The position numbers and the translations under genes are program-made. From Bacteroidia bacterium (lineage in GTDB: Bacteria; Bacteroidota; Bacteroidia; JADZBD01), in contig JADZBD010000002.1 in NCBI GenBank assembly GCA_020852255.1, positions 283,531-347,530 of the forward strand: DNA of 64,000 bases. Reading direction: 5' to 3'. Below, piece by piece: positions 61,648 through 64,000 of this stretch (positions are counted from its first letter, which is position 1; every line of letters starts with the position of its first letter). The notes under the pieces were generated by a model. It made no database searches. It saw nothing but the letters and a program-made list of their open reading frames with translations, and was not told the DNA's origin.

Positions 61648-62209
61648 CCTGTTCGTCTTCTATATATTTGGTACCTGTTGGTTCCAGTATATCATAATCC
61701 GAAAAATCCTGACTGGCTACGAGTCCTTTCCCTTCCATAATTTCATCCTTTCTTCGGATGCGCACCGGCTCATTGGTAAACACCTTTGCCTCCTTTCTCG
61801 ACCAGATGAGCTGTTCTGTCTCGAGGCGTTCTCCCCTTTCATTCAGTACCACCACATTTCTTCTCACCTCCATCTTCTCCTCGCCTTCGTAATTGATCGC
61901 ATAATCCGCTTTTAACCACGATTTCACTTTCCCGGAATCGTCGAAAAACTCCACAAATACTCCCTCCGGCAAAATGATCCGGTGCGAGGGCTGCTCGTAG
62001 CGTTCCATCCGCGGAGCAGTTACCCGGACCTTCACATTGGCCGAATCGCTATAGATAAGTTCAACACCAAGGGCCGTTTCGGCCGGCAGGCTATCAGGCC
62101 GGATCAACTTTACCGTTGAGATATCATTCTCACAGGAAAAAAACAGGAGCAGCAAAGCCGGAAGGAACAAAAGCGGCTCCCTCAATCGTATTTTCGGCGT
62201 ATGAACCAT
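61640..62209 (-). CDS. LptC-like periplasmic LPS-export protein (OstA-like fold); GldD is the alternative
   Basis: N-terminal anchor LLFLPALLLLFFSC. Beta-jellyroll pattern IYSDSANVKVRV...IILPEGVFVEFFDDSGKV...LKADYAINYEGEEKMEVRRNVVVLNERGERLETEQLIWSRKEAKVFTNEPVRI resembles LptC. Sits upstream of the CorC-like gene. Confidence 0.5.
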   Translation of the reverse strand: MVHTPKIRLREPLLFLPALLLLFFSCENDISTVKLIRPDSLPAETALGVELIYSDSANVKVRVTAPRMERYEQPSHRIILPEGVFVEFFDDSGKVKSWLKADYAINYEGEEKMEVRRNVVVLNERGERLETEQLIWSRKEAKVFTNEPVRIRRKDEIMEGKGLVASQDFSDYDILEPTGTKYIEDEQDE

Positions 62210-63513
62210 TTTTCGTTAAGTGAGAATCCGATGCCCAGTTTCACAAATTGCTCTTGCACTAGGCCATTGTCAGTGGTTCCTCTCTGACCGACTTCTACCG
62301 ACAGATTCAGGATATTCTGTACATACATATCCACTGCCCGCATCTTTCTCATGGGGAGTCCTACTCCGAAAGTGAGGCTCATTTCCGTGAGTTGAACATC
62401 ATTGCCAAGCACGAGGTAATGTGTGGCGTACTTAAATCCCCCACGGTACTGTATCCTTCTTCTGAAATTGCTGCGCCCGTCGGCATACTTATCAGGAATG
62501 ATCTGAAAACCGACAGAGAGGCGATTTCCCGTTGTAAATTTTCCCTGCTGACCATTTATCACCGACTGACTCCAATCCTGCATAAAATAATCCACCCCCA
62601 GGAGAAAGCGTTCTCCTTTGCGCAGGATAATTCCGCCGCCGATGGCCAGGGGAAACTGAATTGTATCCTTCACATCCTCTTCGAAAAGAGCCGTATCGCG
62701 TGCTATTTCAATCAGTGAATTGAACTTGAGCAATTCCGCGAGTGTGGTAGTACGTGCGATAAATGTGGTGGGCAGTGAGGCGGCAGCACCAAGTACGGCC
62801 GACCATTTTCCTCCCAGCTTCAACTGATACTGAAGTCCGGCTTTAAAATAAACATCATTGAACTGAACAGACCGGATCATCCGGGTATTGAAATACATTC
62901 CGGTAGACGGAAACGAATCGCGGTAGGTGGAACGCACAGCTCCGAACAGCCATCCTGCGGTTATTCCTGCCGAGAGATTCTTTATCCGGAATCCATTGGA
63001 GAGGAACAATTCATTGATTCCTCCGGAGCCCTGGTAATTGTACCTGACTGTACCCACACTGTCTACCTCCTCCGAGGAACCCACATTATATCCGGACGTA
63101 GAAAAGGGCTGCAGTCCGAATGCCATGCCCCAGTTATTTCTCCTGCTCATCGGCACTCCGAAAACCATTTGTCCCAGCGACAGCCGGTTGGTAAAAAGTT
63201 GCTCCGAGGAGGTCTGAATGGAAGAAGCGGTGTTAGAAAGGGAAATATCAAAAACCGTCAAACGCAGGGAACTCAGCGAAGCGGGATTAGAAAGGTTGAC
63301 ATGAAAAGGCGCTGTTGTATCATTCCGCAATGCAAAACCCAGTCCGCTCATTCCAACGCTGTTTCCGGAATTGGCATAGTTCAACTCTCCCAGTCCGAAG
63401 CGGGAGTATGGGGACGAGGTGGATGTTTGAGCTGAAAAAGAAAGTGGTAACAGCAGGGAAATGAATACCAGCTTACCCGGAAATTTTCTGCACATTGAAT
63501 TCAAATATCTCAT
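62182..63513 (-). CDS. Outer-membrane beta-barrel protein, FadL-superfamily-like, hypothetical
   Basis: Signal peptide. SPYSRFGLGELNYANSGNSVGMSGLGFAL...NLSNPASL N-terminal signature. Ends ...IRRKYD. Confidence 0.45.
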   Translation of the reverse strand: MRYLNSMCRKFPGKLVFISLLLPLSFSAQTSTSSPYSRFGLGELNYANSGNSVGMSGLGFALRNDTTAPFHVNLSNPASLSSLRLTVFDISLSNTASSIQTSSEQLFTNRLSLGQMVFGVPMSRRNNWGMAFGLQPFSTSGYNVGSSEEVDSVGTVRYNYQGSGGINELFLSNGFRIKNLSAGITAGWLFGAVRSTYRDSFPSTGMYFNTRMIRSVQFNDVYFKAGLQYQLKLGGKWSAVLGAAASLPTTFIARTTTLAELLKFNSLIEIARDTALFEEDVKDTIQFPLAIGGGIILRKGERFLLGVDYFMQDWSQSVINGQQGKFTTGNRLSVGFQIIPDKYADGRSNFRRRIQYRGGFKYATHYLVLGNDVQLTEMSLTFGVGLPMRKMRAVDMYVQNILNLSVEVGQRGTTDNGLVQEQFVKLGIGFSLNEKWFIRRKYD

Positions 63514-64000
63514 GTAAACCGTCCAGGATCAGATGGGGAACTGCAAAGATGCGCATTTTCAGGCTCTTAACAAAACAGGAGGCATCACCGCCTGTAAGAA
63601 CGACCACCAGTCCCGGATATTTCACTTTATACGCATTAATCATTCCTTTAACTTCCTCAACGGCCCCATTGATAACACCCGACCGGACAGATGCCCCGGT
63701 AGTACTACCTGTCAGAGGGTGCTGCGATCTGGTAGTTACTAACGGCAGTCGTTCTGTAAAATTGTGCAGGGCTTTGAATCGCATTCCGATTCCCGGAGAG
63801 ATGGAGCCTCCCAGGTATTCTCCCTTTTTATTTACAAAGTTGAATTTGATACAGGTTCCCGCATCCACAACCAGTACATTTTTATGTGGGAACAGTACCG
63901 CCGCACCCACCGCACTCGCAAGGCGGTCGCTTCCCAGCGTGAATTTCGTCCGGTACTTATTTTTCAGGGGCACCGGCGTTGAGGAGGTGAAGGCTGCCAC
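63473..64000 (-). CDS. coaX: Type III pantothenate kinase CoaX; the C-terminal ~175 aa only, with the 5' end beyond the window end
   Basis: ...LGSDRLASAVGAAVLFPHKNVLVVDAGTCIKFNFV...YLGGSISPGIGMRFKALHNFTERLP... is typical CoaX. The ORF is open at position 64000. Confidence 0.75.
   Translation of the reverse strand: MAAFTSSTPVPLKNKYRTKFTLGSDRLASAVGAAVLFPHKNVLVVDAGTCIKFNFVNKKGEYLGGSISPGIGMRFKALHNFTERLPLVTTRSQHPLTGSTTGASVRSGVINGAVEEVKGMINAYKVKYPGLVVVLTGGDASCFVKSLKMRIFAVPHLILDGLHEIFEFNVQKISG

Noticed and set aside
1-64000. Search for CRISPR arrays, tRNA/rRNA genes, integrases, transposases, prophage or defence-island content
   Set aside because: No intergenic gap exceeds about 190 bp. No repeat-spacer periodicity, no tRNA-like cloverleaf candidates, and no recombinase, transposase or nuclease-like ORFs were seen. 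The window is contiguous core genome.

Overview
The window is a compact, gene-dense core-genome stretch (about 90% coding, gaps under 190 bp) that reads as Bacteroidota. The main evidence is a complete minus-strand dcw cell-division/cell-wall cluster (mraZ-rsmH-ftsL-ftsI-murE-mraY-murD-[extra ORF]-ftsW-murG-murC-ftsQ-ftsA-ftsZ) without murF, ddl or murB. Further support comes from several type IX secretion (T9SS) C-terminal sorting domains, a probable GldB/GldC pair, a C25 peptidase that looks like PorU, and three FadL-like outer-membrane beta-barrels. GC content is roughly 50%; a Chitinophagia/Sphingobacteriia/Cytophagia-like organism is a guess only. The rest is housekeeping: a 3'-truncated fused B12 mutase IcmF, SecA, NadE, HemH, Lnt, PurS, EngB, a truncated CoaX, and a PduO-type adenosyltransferase. 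I found no tRNA or rRNA genes, CRISPR arrays, integrases, transposases or recognisable defence systems. Items worth a second look: (1) a stand-alone, diverged paralog of the MurD C-terminal domain translationally coupled between murD and ftsW; (2) an 824-aa FtsZ with an acidic low-complexity linker of roughly 450 aa; (3) three 10-bp direct repeats (AAAGTGG phased at 10 bp) upstream of mraZ, in the intergenic region shared with a divergent pair of lipid acyltransferases; (4) a trypsin-like protease with a recent ~390-bp tandem duplication visible in the DNA; (5) an unusually long PorU-like protein (1679 aa) with a PorV-like barrel upstream instead of downstream; (6) two small secreted low-complexity hypothetical proteins. 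All calls come from reading the translations and recalling family motifs; no searches were run.
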